Shown: positions 9,823 to 21,583, counted from the first letter of the stretch. The stretch is 64,000 bases of DNA from Coriobacteriia bacterium (GCA_025361335.1 JANYAK010000037.1:2320-66319), one strand, 5' to 3'. The notes: a model not told the origin generated them from the sequence alone. Numbers and translations are program-made.

Positions 9823-11811
9823 TCACACGACGGCGCGGACCTTCGCGGCAACGGCTTCGACGGTGAACCCGAATTCGCGCAGCACGGTCTCGCCGGGTGC
9901 GGATGCTCCGAACATGTCGACGCCGATCGCGCCGGATCCTTCCCCGAGATAGGCGCGCCACCCGAGGGTGACGCCGGCCTCCACCGACACGACCGGGATG
10001 CCGCTCGGCACGACGCTGTCGCGGTACTCCTGAGGCTGCTCGGTGAACAGGGCCAGACAAGGCGCGCTGACGACGGCCACATTCAGGCCCTCGCGGCCGA
10101 GCGTCTGCCGCGCGCCCAGCGCGAGGTGCACCTCCGAGCCCGTCGCAACCACTATCGCGTCGGGTGCCCCACCGCCGTCGCCCGCCAGGACGTAGGCTCC
10201 CCGGGGCACCCCGTCCGCCACCATGGGGAAGACCGCGGGATCGAGCACGGGGACCTTCTGCCGCGTGAGTGCCAGAAGCACAGGACGCTGTGTCTGTCCC
10301 ATCGCCACTCGCCACGCCGCGGCGGTCTCGTTCGCGTCCGCGGGGCGGATGACCACGACTCCCGGGATCGACCGCAAGCCGAGGAGCTGCTCGACCGCCT
10401 GGTGCGTCGGGCCGTCCTCGCCCAGCCCGATGCTGTCGTGGGTGAACACGTGGATCACGCGAAGGCCCGACAGCGCGGCCAGCCTGATCGGCGGACGCAT
10501 GTAGTCGGAGAAGATGAGGAACGTCGACCCGAACGGCACGATCCCCCCGTGACATGCCATGCCGTTCACGATCGCGCCCATCGCGTGCTCGCGGACGCCG
10601 AAATGGATGTTGCGCCCCGTCCGGTCGGCGACGCTGAACGCAGGGAAGTCCTTGAGCCAGGTCTTCGTGCTGGGCGCCAGGTCCGCCGAGCCCCCGATCA
10701 ACTCGGGGACACGAGAAGCGATGGCGTTCATGACCTCGCCGCCCGCGTCGCGGGTCGCGATCCCGGTCCCCGTGTCCGAAAAGACCGGCATGTCGGCGTC
10801 CCACCCGGAGGGCGACTCTGAACGCACCCTCCGCTCGAACTCCGCCGCCTCGTCGGGGAACTCGGCCCGGTAGGCCTCGAGACGGTCGCGCCAACCCGAG
10901 TTCAGCGCCGCGCCACGCACGAGCGCACAACGCATGTGCGCGAGCGCCGGCGCCGGGACCAGGAATGCGGGCTCGACCGGCCAGCCCAGCGCTGCCTTGG
11001 TGAGGCGCACCTCCTCGACACCGAGCGGTTCGCCGTGTGCCGCCGCCGTGTCCTGGCGGTTCGGGCTCCCGTAGCCGATGTGCGTGCTGACGGCGATGAA
11101 GGAAGGTCGGTCGGTCTCGGCGCGCGCGGCCTCGATCGCCGAGGCGATGGCGCCGAGGTCGTTGCCGTCGCGGACTGTTTGCACGTGCCACCCGTATGCG
11201 GCGAACCGGGCGACCCGATCCTCAGTGAACGCGAGCGAGGTCCCACCCTCGATCGACACCCCGTTGTCGTCGTACAGCATGATGAGCTTGCCCAGCCCGA
11301 GGTGCCCGGCCAGCGAGGCGGCCTCCGAGGAGACGCCTTCCATCAGGTCGCCGTCGCTGCACAAGGCGTAGGTGCAGTGGTCGATCAGGTCGTGGCCCGG
11401 ACGGTTGAAGCGCGCGGCGAGCGAGCTCTCCGCGATCGCCATGCCGACGGCATTGCCCACCCCCTGGCCCAGCGGCCCCGTGGACGCCTCCACCCCAGGC
11501 GTCCTGAGGCGCTCGGGGTGTCCGGGAGTGCGGCTCCCCCACTGGCGGAAACGCCGCAGTTCCTCCATCGGAAGGTCGTAGCCGGTCAGGTGCAGCAGCG
11601 CGTACAGGAGCGCGCAGCCGTGACCCGCCGACAGGACGAATCGGTCGCGGTCCGGCCACTCGGGATCGGTCGGGTCGAAGCGCAGGAACCGGTCCCACAG
11701 CGTGTAGGCCATCGGGGCGGCGCCCAGGGGCATCCCCGGATGCCCCGACCCGGCGGCCTGCACCATATCCACCGCAAGGAACCTGATAGTATCGATGGCC
11801 AGCGTGTCCAT
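9823..11811 (-). CDS. tkt: transketolase
   Basis: [39 protein letters not shown]... with a full-length TPP-binding and pyrimidine-binding layout. ATG verified at 11809-11811. The rest of the 1075-aa track ORF is an upstream shadow. Confidence 0.95.
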   Translation of the reverse strand: MDTLAIDTIRFLAVDMVQAAGSGHPGMPLGAAPMAYTLWDRFLRFDPTDPEWPDRDRFVLSAGHGCALLYALLHLTGYDLPMEELRRFRQWGSRTPGHPERLRTPGVEASTGPLGQGVGNAVGMAIAESSLAARFNRPGHDLIDHCTYALCSDGDLMEGVSSEAASLAGHLGLGKLIMLYDDNGVSIEGGTSLAFTEDRVARFAAYGWHVQTVRDGNDLGAIASAIEAARAETDRPSFIAVSTHIGYGSPNRQDTAAAHGEPLGVEEVRLTKAALGWPVEPAFLVPAPALAHMRCALVRGAALNSGWRDRLEAYRAEFPDEAAEFERRVRSESPSGWDADMPVFSDTGTGIATRDAGGEVMNAIASRVPELIGGSADLAPSTKTWLKDFPAFSVADRTGRNIHFGVREHAMGAIVNGMACHGGIVPFGSTFLIFSDYMRPPIRLAALSGLRVIHVFTHDSIGLGEDGPTHQAVEQLLGLRSIPGVVVIRPADANETAAAWRVAMGQTQRPVLLALTRQKVPVLDPAVFPMVADGVPRGAYVLAGDGGGAPDAIVVATGSEVHLALGARQTLGREGLNVAVVSAPCLALFTEQPQEYRDSVVPSGIPVVSVEAGVTLGWRAYLGEGSGAIGVDMFGASAPGETVLREFGFTVEAVAAKVRAVV

Positions 11812-11952
11812 GTCGCGTTCCAACTTCGGGCCTCTCTCTGTGCGAGCGCGGGGCTTCGGGTAGATATACCCGAGGCCGTACGCGGCCCCGGGTGTATCGG
11901 CGCGCATACGCGGGCACCCGGACGTCCGGCGGTTCGACACAGGGGGTTGCTC

Positions 11953-13227
11953 GTGGACAACACTATCCAAGCCGGCTGCACCACGCCGTCGGCGAGGCAC
12001 CGTGTCGTGATCGCAGGCGGCGGATACGCGGGCACCACGCTCGCGGTACGGCTCGCTCGTGCGGCGCGCCCAGGTGACGACATCGAGATCATGCTCGTCG
12101 AACCGAACCCATGCCAACAGGCCTTGTCGGAACTGGACCTCGTCGCCGTCGGGCCGGCCCGCACGGAATTCTGTGAACTGTGGCACCCCACGGTGTTCAA
12201 GGACCTGCCAGTGACCGTCTGCTACGACCGGGTCCACGAAGTGCGCGCTCTCGACGGCGTCGTGTCGATCGGGTCCCGCGAAGGGCCGCACCGGGAGATC
12301 GCGTACTGGCGGCTGGTCATCGCGACCGGCGCGATCGCGCTGGTCCCGCCTGTCCCGGGTCTGGCCGAGCGCGCCGTCACCATGTGGTCGGTGGCCGACG
12401 CCCAGGAACTCCAGCGCCGCATGGAAGTGCAGTTCCGGATCGCGGCGACTTCGGCCACCGCAGCCGAGCGGGCTCGTGCTCTGTCGTTCGTGGTGATCGG
12501 CGGCGGCGCCACGGGAGTCGAGATCGTCGGCACCCTCGGGCAGATGCTGCCGAAGCGCGTGCGGGCGTTCGGCTTGGACCCTGCCGACCTGCGGATACGG
12601 CTGGTCGAGGGCCGCCCGGACATCCTGTACGACTTGCCGGACTCGCTGAGGGTGCGGGCGCGACATCGCCTTGCGCGACTGGGGGTCGAGGTCGTCACGG
12701 GATCCATGGTCCGCGAAGTGGATGCGGACGCCGTCTCTCTCGCTGACGGGAGGAGTGTCGACGCATCCGTCCTCGTGTTCTGCGGGGGGGCCAAGGCGGA
12801 TCCGGACGCGATATCGTGGGGACTGGAGGTCGACCCCTCGGGCCGACTGGTTGCAGACCCCTTCTGTCGGGTGCCGGGGGCGGCCGGCGTCTACGCGATC
12901 GGCGACGTGGCCGCCTTTCGCGACCCGCACGACCGCCGAACGCTGCCGATGCTTGCGCAGTTCGCCATCCGCGAGGCCGAGCACACCGCGGACAACATCC
13001 TGCGAGAGGCCAGGGGCGGCGAGGTCACTCCGTTCGTACCGCACATGCATGGCGAGTTCGTGAGCATCGGCCCGAGTTGGGGCGTCGGCTGGGCCTGGAA
13101 GTTCACCCTTTCCGGCGTCCCCGCGATCGTCATGAAGCGCTTCACCTACGTCCTGTACTGGTTCACGGTCGGCGGCGTCCGGCTCGCGTGGCGCCGCACG
13201 GTCGAGATGCTACGGATGGGCCGCTAG
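11953..13227 (+). CDS. ndh: type II NADH:quinone oxidoreductase (NDH-2)
   Basis: Two dinucleotide folds ([22 protein letters not shown]) and the GDVA motif ([10 protein letters not shown]). GTG 11953 lies 6 nt after AGGGGG. The track ORF N-terminus is antisense to tkt. Confidence 0.85.
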   Translation: MDNTIQAGCTTPSARHRVVIAGGGYAGTTLAVRLARAARPGDDIEIMLVEPNPCQQALSELDLVAVGPARTEFCELWHPTVFKDLPVTVCYDRVHEVRALDGVVSIGSREGPHREIAYWRLVIATGAIALVPPVPGLAERAVTMWSVADAQELQRRMEVQFRIAATSATAAERARALSFVVIGGGATGVEIVGTLGQMLPKRVRAFGLDPADLRIRLVEGRPDILYDLPDSLRVRARHRLARLGVEVVTGSMVREVDADAVSLADGRSVDASVLVFCGGAKADPDAISWGLEVDPSGRLVADPFCRVPGAAGVYAIGDVAAFRDPHDRRTLPMLAQFAIREAEHTADNILREARGGEVTPFVPHMHGEFVSIGPSWGVGWAWKFTLSGVPAIVMKRFTYVLYWFTVGGVRLAWRRTVEMLRMGR

Positions 13228-13372
13228 CCCGTTTCGGTACCGCTTTGCCGCTTTGAGGCCTCGCGCTGAACGTCGCGCGTCGGTTACGCTGTCCCCGAGG
13301 AGGTCTCATGGCGCCTTTCGAACCCCGAGGGTCGCACGCAACGCGTCGCCGGCCGGCCGGCGGACGACCGGT

Positions 13373-14668
13373 ATGATCGTCACGGGCGACTGGGTGGTGC
13401 CCGTCCGCGGGCGCCCCATCCCCGGGGGAGCGGTGCTGACTCGCGGTCCTCGCATCGAGATGGTCGGACCGCTCGAGTCCGTCGTTGCGGCCGCGCCGGA
13501 TGACACAGTGGAGACGTTCGGCGGCCACGTGCTCATGCCGGGGCTCGTCAACGCACACACGCACCTGTCGCTCACGGTCCTGTCCGGCCTCATCCCCCCG
13601 ATGCCGCTGCGGCAATTCCTCGAGCGCGTGACGAGCGCGGTCCTGTGTCTCACCGATGACGACTTTGCGGCGTCCGCGACATGGGGAGCCCTCAGGAGCC
13701 TGTCGTGTGGGGTCACGTGCGTCGGAGACATGGCGTACGGCCCGGAGCCGTTGGCATCCTGCGCCGACGTCGGAGTCGGGGGCGTGTTCTATTGGGAGGT
13801 CCTCGGACTGGACGCGGCAGACCTGTCGGGCGAACTCGCGGAACGGGAGTTCCCCGCTGACGTCGGAACGTGCTCCGTGGGCAGGACCCGTTGCGGGATC
13901 AGCCCACACACGCCGTACACCTCGGGACCCGAACTTCTGAGGGCCACCTGGAACATCGCCCATCGCCACGGCGTGGGCTTCGCCCTCCATGTCGCGGAGT
14001 CGGCCGCGGAGCAGGACCTGATGCACAGGGGGGCCGGACTTCTGCGCGAGACAGCCGACCGCTTGGCTCACGGCTTCCGCCCACCGGGCGTCGGCTCGGT
14101 CGAGTACCTCGAGGGACTCGGCGTGCTTGACGGCGCCGTCGCGGTGCATTGCGTGCACCTCGAACCGGGCGACGCCGCGAGATTGGCCGCCCACGCGCAG
14201 GGGGTCGTCGTGTGCCCCCGCTCCAACCGCCACCTTGGCAACGGGGACGCCCCTGTCGCCGAGCTCTCCTCGGTCGGCGTGCCCATGGCCTTGGGTACCG
14301 ACTCCGCCGCCAGCAACGAGGATCTCGACCTGTTCGAGGAGGCACGCGCCGCACACCGGCTGGACCCGACGCTCACTCCCGGAAGGATGCTCGCGATGCT
14401 CACCAGCGAGGGCGCCGAGGTGCTCGGCTTGTCAGGCATGTGCGGCGCGCTCGCTCCAGGTCTGCAAGCCGATATCGCGATCGTCCGCACCGGCGCGACC
14501 GAGGATCCGGTGGGAGCCCTGTTGCGAGAGGGAGGCGCAGCGGCGATGACCGGTGTCGTCAGCTCCGGCATCTGGCGCGTACGCGACGGCAATCCCGCCC
14601 GTTCGACCGCCAGTGTGGAACGGGCCGCCGCCAGGGCCCGCGCCGCCGCCGAGCGCGCCCTCGCCTGA
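13373..14668 (+). CDS. metal-dependent amidohydrolase, COG0402 family (MTA/SAH- or aminofutalosine-deaminase / chlorohydrolase-like)
   Basis: Amidohydrolase metal ligands VNAHTHLS, HVAES, HCVH and GTDS. ATG 13373 gives MIVTGDWVVPV. Confidence 0.85.
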   Translation: MIVTGDWVVPVRGRPIPGGAVLTRGPRIEMVGPLESVVAAAPDDTVETFGGHVLMPGLVNAHTHLSLTVLSGLIPPMPLRQFLERVTSAVLCLTDDDFAASATWGALRSLSCGVTCVGDMAYGPEPLASCADVGVGGVFYWEVLGLDAADLSGELAEREFPADVGTCSVGRTRCGISPHTPYTSGPELLRATWNIAHRHGVGFALHVAESAAEQDLMHRGAGLLRETADRLAHGFRPPGVGSVEYLEGLGVLDGAVAVHCVHLEPGDAARLAAHAQGVVVCPRSNRHLGNGDAPVAELSSVGVPMALGTDSAASNEDLDLFEEARAAHRLDPTLTPGRMLAMLTSEGAEVLGLSGMCGALAPGLQADIAIVRTGATEDPVGALLREGGAAAMTGVVSSGIWRVRDGNPARSTASVERAAARARAAAERALA

Positions 14669-14729
14669 CGCGTCCCCGTTCGGAACCCCCGGGCGGGAGC
14701 GCACCGCGCCAAGGCCGATGCCTTGCCCC

Positions 14730-14769
14730 GACGCACGAAGGGCGCCCATCGGGGCGCCCTTCGTGCGTC
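14730..14769. terminator. perfect 18-bp GC-rich hairpin in convergent spacer (amidohydrolase / livF)
   Basis: gacgcacgaagggcgccc-atcg-gggcgcccttcgtgcgtc, an 18-bp stem with a 4-nt loop. No U-tract on either side. Confidence 0.6.
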
Positions 14770-14786
14770 GTCAGGTCGCGGCACGC

Positions 14787-15501
14787 CTACGTCTCGCCCA
14801 GGTAGGTCTTGCGTACCTGCTCGTTGACGAGCAGGTCCTTGCCGGGACCCTCGAGAACCACGTTGCCCGTCTCGAGGACGTATCCCCTGTCGGCGATCTG
14901 AAGGGCCATGGCCGCGTTCTGCTCGACAAGCAGGATCGTGATGCCCTGGTCGTTCAGCGTCTTGATCGTGTCGAAGATGATCTCGACGACCACGGGAGCG
15001 AGCCCCATGGACGGCTCGTCGAGCATCAGCAGCTTGGGGGAGGCCATGAGTCCGCGGCCGGTCGCGAGCATCTGCTGCTCGCCGCCCGACAGGGTGCCGC
15101 CCTTCTGCGTGCGCCGCTCCTTGAGGCGGGGGAACAGCTGGAAGACGTGGTCCATCGAGGCCTGCACTCCTGCCGGGTCCTTCGTGCGCAGGAACGCGCC
15201 CATCCCGAGGTTCTCCTCGACCGTCATGCGCGGGAAGATGCGGCGCCCCTCGGGGACCTGGATGACGCCCTTCGCCGTGACCGTGTGGACCGGCATCCCG
15301 GATATGACCTCGCCCATGAACTCGATCGAGCCGGTGCGGGGCGCCAGAAGGCCCGAGATCGTCCTCAGCGTCGTGGACTTGCCCGCCCCGTTCGCGCCGA
15401 TCAGCGTGACGATCTCGCCCTGGTCGACGTGGAGGCTGATGCCCTTCAGGGCCTCGATCTGGCCGTAGAAGGTATGGATGTCGTTGATCTTGAGTACGGT
15501 C

Positions 15502-15509
<8 letters not shown>
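14787..15509 (-). CDS. livF: branched-chain amino acid ABC transporter ATP-binding protein LivF
   Basis: Walker A GANGAGKST, signature LSGGEQQML, Walker B LLMLDEPS. Overlaps the livG stop by 8 nt. Confidence 0.93.
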
Positions 15510-16316
<807 letters not shown>

Positions 16317-16320
<4 letters not shown>

Positions 16321-17507
16321 ACGTCGTCGGGGGAGATGTCCCTGTGTGAGGTGTCCCACAGCTGCATGTCCTCCTCCGCGAGGGTTCGATCGTCCTCAGG
16401 GTGGAGTTCGAGCGCACGGCGCTTGCTCGGGATGATGCCTTGCGGTCGCACCGCCATCATGATGACCATGAGCAGGCCGAACACGAGGAACCTGTAGCCC
16501 GTGATCATCGACGTCGCGTCACCCGAGAGCTGGATGACCCCGGCGACCATGAGCCCCTGGATGAGATCGGGGACGCCACGGATGAGCAGGGCGCCCACGA
16601 TGACGCCCGGGATCGAGCCCATACCGCCCAGAACGACGACACACACCACGAACACGGACTCCATGAACGTGAACGACTCCGGCGAGATGAACTGCTGGAC
16701 GTAGGCGAACGTCACGCCCGCGATGCCGCCGGACATCGCGCCGAGGGCGAATGCCCACAGCTTCTGCGTCCTGATGTTGATCCCGCAGGCCGCGGCGGCC
16801 ACCTCGTTCTCGCGCATGGCGACCCACGCCCGGCCGAGCCTCGAGTTGTCGAGACGCCGGATCATGACGATCGCGCCGATGATGAGCATGAGCACCACGA
16901 AGTACCAGAAGAGGTTGGTGCCGAACGCGAACTCGCCGATCGGGGTCGGGAAGCGGACGTTGTCCGCCAGCCAATTCGCAGGCCACGGAGGCACGACCTG
17001 CTCGACGCCGCGGGGCAGGCCCGTGGCTCCGTTGGATAGGCCGAGGAGGTCGTTGTTGAGGCAGATGCGCACGATCTCGCCGAACCCGAGCGTGACGATG
17101 GCGAGATAGTCGCCCCGCAGCTTGAGGACCGGGAAGCCGAGCACGAGGCCCGTGAGCGTACCCGCGAGCGCCGCCGGGATGAGCACCACCCAGAACGTGG
17201 CACCGCCGAGGCGTCCGGACACGGCCTGCCCGACGAGCATGCCCGCGTAGCCGCCCATCGCGTAGAACGCGATGTAGCCGAGGTCGAGCAGCCCCGCGTA
17301 GCCGACCACGATGTTGAGGCCGAGAGCGAGCAGGACCCAGATCCCCACGATGACGAGGATACGAACGAGGAATCCGAGTCCGGCCGCGGCCTGCAGCGTC
17401 ACCGGCACGATGATGAGTGCGAGCGCCAGGACGATCCAGAGCGCCAGCTTCCTCGGCGGCACCGCGGGGCGCTTGACCGAGCGTGAACGCGTCATGTCAG
17501 TGGCCAT
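16317..17507 (-). CDS. livM: branched-chain amino acid ABC transporter permease LivM
   Basis: 396-aa polytopic membrane protein with a LivM-like core (LDLGYIAFYAMGGY...). Confidence 0.9.
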
Positions 17508-17510
17508 CGT

Positions 17511-18500
17511 CTACACCTTCTCCGCGACGGCTTCGCCGAGCAGTCCGCCCGGTCGGAAGACGAGCACGAGGATGAGCACGATGAACGCGATGACGTCCCG
17601 GTAGGCGTTCGAGATGAAGCCGCTCGCCAGGGACTCGATGATGCCGAGCAGGAACCCGCCGAGCATCGCTCCGCGCAGGTTGCCGATGCCGCCGATGACG
17701 GCGGCGGTGAAGGACTTGATACCGGGGATGAAGCCCATGTTGAACTTCACCGACCCGTAGTACATGCCGTTGAAGACACCGGCCACAGCCCCGAGCGCGG
17801 GCCCGATGAAGAAGGCGAGCGCGATGACGCTGTTGATGTTCACTCCCATGAGTCCCGCTGCTTCGCGGTCCTGTGACGTCGCGCGCATCGCCTTCCCGAT
17901 GCGCGTCTTCGACACGAACGTGTCGAGGAACGCGAGCAGAAGCAGCGAGGTGACGATGATCATGATCTGCATCGTCGAGACGCTGACCCCGAACACGGTG
18001 AAGGCCGTCTTCGCAGGCACGAAGCTCGTCCCGTCGGCGCGCGAATAGGGCAGCTGCTTGCTGCTGATCCAGAGCAGCGCGGCGTTCTGCAGGAAGATGG
18101 AGACGCCGATGGCGGAGATGAGCGGAGCGAGCCGCGGCGCGTGCCTCAGCGGCCGGTAGGCGAAGCGCTCGATGAACACGCCCATCAGGCCGACCACGAT
18201 GGCCGAGATCAGGAACGTGACGGCGATCAGAGCGACGAAGCCCGCCGTACCCGAGTTGAAGAACGCCTGCATGGGCGCGAGGAAACTCAAGCCGCCTTTG
18301 GCGATCGCCGGGTCCGCCAGGAGCTTGAGGACTCCGAGCCCGACGTACCCACCGGCCATGAACAGCTCGCTGTGCGCGAAGTTGATCATGAGCAGGATGC
18401 CGTACACCATGGTGTAGCCGAGGGCGACGAGCGCGTAGAGTCCGCCCAAGGTGATCCCGTTGATCGTCTGCTCGAGAAGGTAGCTCAGGGTGAAGTTCAA
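17511..18500 (-). CDS. livH: branched-chain amino acid ABC transporter permease LivH
   Basis: The N-terminus (L)NFTLSYLLEQTINGITLGGLYALVALGYTMVYG aligns with the classic LivH start. TTG 18500 lies 6 nt after GGGAG. The track extension to 18677 was rejected. Confidence 0.88.
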   Translation of the reverse strand: MNFTLSYLLEQTINGITLGGLYALVALGYTMVYGILLMINFAHSELFMAGGYVGLGVLKLLADPAIAKGGLSFLAPMQAFFNSGTAGFVALIAVTFLISAIVVGLMGVFIERFAYRPLRHAPRLAPLISAIGVSIFLQNAALLWISSKQLPYSRADGTSFVPAKTAFTVFGVSVSTMQIMIIVTSLLLLAFLDTFVSKTRIGKAMRATSQDREAAGLMGVNINSVIALAFFIGPALGAVAGVFNGMYYGSVKFNMGFIPGIKSFTAAVIGGIGNLRGAMLGGFLLGIIESLASGFISNAYRDVIAFIVLILVLVFRPGGLLGEAVAEKV

Positions 18501-18571
18501 ACCGGGCTCCCGGTCGTCGTTGAAGAGCGCGGGGCGGACGGTAGCGCGACAGCAGGCTCGATACCTTCGTC

Positions 18572-18610
18572 GCGGCCCGGGCGGACACGTCTCATGCCCG
18601 CCCGGGCCGC
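18572..18610 (-). promoter_or_regulatory. intercistronic 13-bp GC hairpin between livJ and livH (possible attenuator or mRNA-stabilising element)
   Basis: gcggcccgggcgg-(13 nt)-ccgcccgggccgc. A second small hairpin ccccgc-gtc-gcgggg lies at 18616-18630. Confidence 0.45.
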
Positions 18611-18655
18611 GATTACCCCGCGTCGCGGGGCCCGAGCCTATGCACGCCTGTCGAT

Positions 18656-19864
18656 CTACTTCGAGACAGGGACCCACTTGCCGGACTTGACCGCGTAGAC
18701 CGTGATGGTCTTGTTCAGCGTGTCGCCCTTGCTGTCGAACGTGACCTTGCCGGTGACGCCTTCGAAATTGGTCTTGCCGACGGCCGCGATGATGGCCTTC
18801 TTGCCCTCGGTGCTCGTCACCTTGTCGGCGCCGAGATCCTTGGCGGCCACGATGATGGCCTTGATGATGACGTTCGCCGCGTCATACGAGTACGCGTCGT
18901 ACGCGGCCGGCACTTCGCCCGGGAACTCCGCCGTGTAGGCGGCCATGAAATCCTGGCCCTTGGGCATCAGGTCGATCGGCAGACCGACGTTGGAGGCCAT
19001 GTCGCCCTCGGCGGCCTCCGCGCCCGCGAGCTTGATCCACTCGGGGTCGAAGCTGCCGTCACCGCTCATGACGGGGACGGCGAGACCACCCTCCTTGACC
19101 TGCTTGGACAGCAGCGCGCCGGAGTTGTAGATGCCGCCGTAGTACACGAGGTCGGGGTTGGTCGACTTGATCTTGGTGACGAGCGCCTTGAAGTCTGTGT
19201 CCTTGTCGCCGGTCTTCTCGCGACCCGTGACCTTGCCGCCATCCTTCTCGAACTGCTTGGCCCACTCATCGGCGAGACCCACGCCGTACACCGTCGAGTC
19301 GTCGACCACGAACGCGGCCTTCTTCCCGGCGTCCTTGAACGCGTAATCGGCCGCGAAGGGGCCCTGCACCGAGTCCACCGTGCAGACGCGGAAGTAGTTC
19401 TCGTTGCCCATCTGGGTGAGGTCGACGGCCGTGTTGGCCGGGCTCACTTGGACGATGTTGCCCTGCTTGTAGATCTTGACCGCCACGCGCGTGACGCCCG
19501 AGTTCAAGGTGCCCATGACGCCGACGAGGCTCGGGTTGCTCACGAACTGCGTGGCGACGTTGCCACCCGTGGTCGGGTCGCCCTTGTCGTCACCCTCGAC
19601 CGTCTGCAGGACGATGCCCAGGTCCTTGATCTCCTTGGTCGCGTTCGCCTGCTTCACGGCGAGGTTCGTGCCACGAACCATACCCTTGCCGAGCGCGACC
19701 GCACCGTCGGTCAGAGGAGCACCGATACCGATCGTGACCGTGACGGTCTTGCCGGCGGATGTCCCACCCGTGGTGGCGGTGCTCCCGCAACCCGTGACGA
19801 CCATCGCCACGATCGCGAGAACGGCGATCAGAGCTGAATACTTCCTTACGTTGCCCATTCCCAT
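18656..19864 (-). CDS. livJ: branched-chain amino acid-binding lipoprotein (LivJ/LivK-type periplasmic-binding fold)
   Basis: MGMGNVRKYSALIAVLAIVAMVVTGC lipobox and a type-I PBP-like sequence. ATG 19864 is preceded by GGAGGAAAGGG. The track ORF of 676 aa is over-extended. Confidence 0.9.
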   Translation of the reverse strand: MGMGNVRKYSALIAVLAIVAMVVTGCGSTATTGGTSAGKTVTVTIGIGAPLTDGAVALGKGMVRGTNLAVKQANATKEIKDLGIVLQTVEGDDKGDPTTGGNVATQFVSNPSLVGVMGTLNSGVTRVAVKIYKQGNIVQVSPANTAVDLTQMGNENYFRVCTVDSVQGPFAADYAFKDAGKKAAFVVDDSTVYGVGLADEWAKQFEKDGGKVTGREKTGDKDTDFKALVTKIKSTNPDLVYYGGIYNSGALLSKQVKEGGLAVPVMSGDGSFDPEWIKLAGAEAAEGDMASNVGLPIDLMPKGQDFMAAYTAEFPGEVPAAYDAYSYDAANVIIKAIIVAAKDLGADKVTSTEGKKAIIAAVGKTNFEGVTGKVTFDSKGDTLNKTITVYAVKSGKWVPVSK

Positions 19865-20040
19865 CCCTTTCCTCCGACTCGATTTGTCCACGTGCCCGCG
19901 TCTATTGTGAATCCCTCTCTGCGGAGACACGCCCCTGTCGAGATTCACGAAGTGTATCAGAGCGCTCCGAAACGCAACAAGGAATAACAAGGCCCCCGGT
20001 GAGGCGGGGACGCGGTGAGGTTTCGAGTGTGTGTCCTGAA

Positions 20041-20069
20041 GAGGCTGCCACAAGGCCGTGGGCGGCCTC
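20041..20069 (-). terminator. hairpin overlapping the rrf2 stop codon
   Basis: gaggctgcc-acaaggccgtg-ggcggcctc, 9-bp arms with one mismatch plus inner cac/gtg pairing. Confidence 0.35.
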
Positions 20070-20484
20070 AGATGTAGTACATGGGGGTGCGATCCGCGTC
20101 GATCGCGCTCTGGCGCCGGGCGAGGTCCGCAAGGGTGATCTCCCCCGCGATCCGCTCGATCCCCGACGCCATCTCCGACCACATCTCGGATGTCGCCGAT
20201 CCGGCGACGTGGGGCACGTCGACGACCTCCCCCTCGATGGCGCTCATCACATCGCCGACGGTGATCGTCTCGGGAGCGCGGGCGAGCATGCAGCCGCCGC
20301 CGGCCCCCCGATGGCACGCCACCAACCCCCGCTTCGAGATGACCGTGAACTGCTGTTCGAGGAACCTGCGCGGTAGTCCGAGCCTGTCGGCCAGGTCCCC
20401 CACGACCACCGTCGTCCCTGGAGCGAGGCCCGCGAGCGCCACAAGCCCGCGCACGGTGTAGTCGAGCTTCTGGGAGATCCTCAC
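20068..20484 (-). CDS. Rrf2-family transcriptional regulator (CymR-like, no obvious 3-Cys Fe-S ligand set)
   Basis: (V)RISQKLDYTVRGLVALA... Rrf2 wHTH N-terminus. GTG 20484 overlaps the cysK stop (GTGA). Confidence 0.88.
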   Translation of the reverse strand: MRISQKLDYTVRGLVALAGLAPGTTVVVGDLADRLGLPRRFLEQQFTVISKRGLVACHRGAGGGCMLARAPETITVGDVMSAIEGEVVDVPHVAGSATSEMWSEMASGIERIAGEITLADLARRQSAIDADRTPMYYI

Positions 20485-21440
20485 TGCCCGTAGCCTTCCC
20501 ACAGCGGTGTCGACAGGTAGCGCTCCCCCGTGGAGGGTGCGACGGTGACGACGACTCTCCCGGCCATCTCCGGTCGTGCCGCGATGCGCAGGGCGACCGC
20601 CACGTTCGCACCCGAGGAGATGCCGACGAAGATGCCCTCCTCCGCGGCGAGTCGGCGCGCCGTCGCGATGGACGCGGCGCCATCAACCGTCTGGACCTCG
20701 TCGACCACGCCGAGGTCGAGCGTCACGGGGATGAAGTTCGCCCCGATGCCCTGGATGCCGTGCGGTCCCGGCGTGAGGGGCTCGCCGGCGAGCGTCTGGG
20801 TGATGATCGGGGACTCGGCCGGTTCCACCGCGACGGCGATGGTGCCTGGCCGGCGGTCGTGGAAGTAGGCGCCGGCCCCGCTGATGGTCCCGCCGGTTCC
20901 GACACCGGCGACGAACGCCCCGAGGGACAGGTCGCCGAGCGCCCTGTCGATCTCCGGGCCGGTCGTCTCGTAATGGGCGCGAGGGTTGGCGGGGTTCACG
21001 AACTGGCCAGGGACGAACGCGCCCGGCATCGAAGCAGCGATCTCGTCGGCCTTCTCGACGGCGCCCTTCATCCCGAGTTCCTTGGGGGTGAGGATCAGCT
21101 CCGCGCCGAAGGCCGCCAACAGCTTGCGCCGCTCGACCGACATGGACTCGGGCATGGTGAGTACGACGCGGTAACCGCGGGCGGCTCCGATGAGGGCCAG
21201 CGCGATACCGGTGTTGCCGCTCGTGGGCTCGACGAGAACCGAGCGGCCCCGCTCGATCAGTCCGCGCTTCTCGGCGTCGTCGACCATCCCGCGACCGATG
21301 CGGTCCTTGACCGAGCCGCCCGGATTGCGCGACTCGAGCTTGACCAGCACGCGACCCGGGAGCCCTACGGCCATCCGCTGCAGTTCGACCATGGGCGTGT
21401 CACCGATGGTCGCGATCACGTCCTGGATCTTGTCGGACAT
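20481..21440 (-). CDS. cysK: cysteine synthase A (O-acetylserine sulfhydrylase)
   Basis: PLP-lysine context NPGGSVKDRIG, GNTGIALA, GTGGTISG. GGAGG lies upstream of the ATG. Confidence 0.95.
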   Translation of the reverse strand: MSDKIQDVIATIGDTPMVELQRMAVGLPGRVLVKLESRNPGGSVKDRIGRGMVDDAEKRGLIERGRSVLVEPTSGNTGIALALIGAARGYRVVLTMPESMSVERRKLLAAFGAELILTPKELGMKGAVEKADEIAASMPGAFVPGQFVNPANPRAHYETTGPEIDRALGDLSLGAFVAGVGTGGTISGAGAYFHDRRPGTIAVAVEPAESPIITQTLAGEPLTPGPHGIQGIGANFIPVTLDLGVVDEVQTVDGAASIATARRLAAEEGIFVGISSGANVAVALRIAARPEMAGRVVVTVAPSTGERYLSTPLWEGYGQ

Positions 21441-21555
21441 CTTGGGACCTCCATCCTTGACGGCCGGCCACGGATGCGGCCCCGACGCGACAACGAGCGT
21501 TCATGGGAACGACTCTACGCGCTCCCCGACGATGGCTCAAGACGCTACAACGCAC

Positions 21556-21583
21556 TATTATGCTGCTTTTTGTGTTCTTTCCA
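21556..21583 (-). promoter_or_regulatory. putative sigma70-type promoter of cysK-rrf2
   Basis: The minus strand reads TGGAAA-16 nt-ATAATA, in the only markedly AT-rich patch of the cysK upstream spacer. Confidence 0.4.

Noticed and set aside
8120-13050. 1023-aa and 1075-aa minus-strand ORFs covering 8120..11191 and 9823..13050
   Set aside because: Only 9823..11811 (transketolase) is coding on this strand. The remainder is antisense to the disulfide oxidoreductase and NDH-2 genes and has a nonsense-like composition.
18501-20686. N-terminal extensions of livH (to 18677) and of the binding protein (676-aa ORF to 20686)
   Set aside because: Canonical N-termini with good RBSs occur at TTG 18500 and ATG 19864. 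The extensions are Arg/Pro-rich and overlap the rrf2 gene region.
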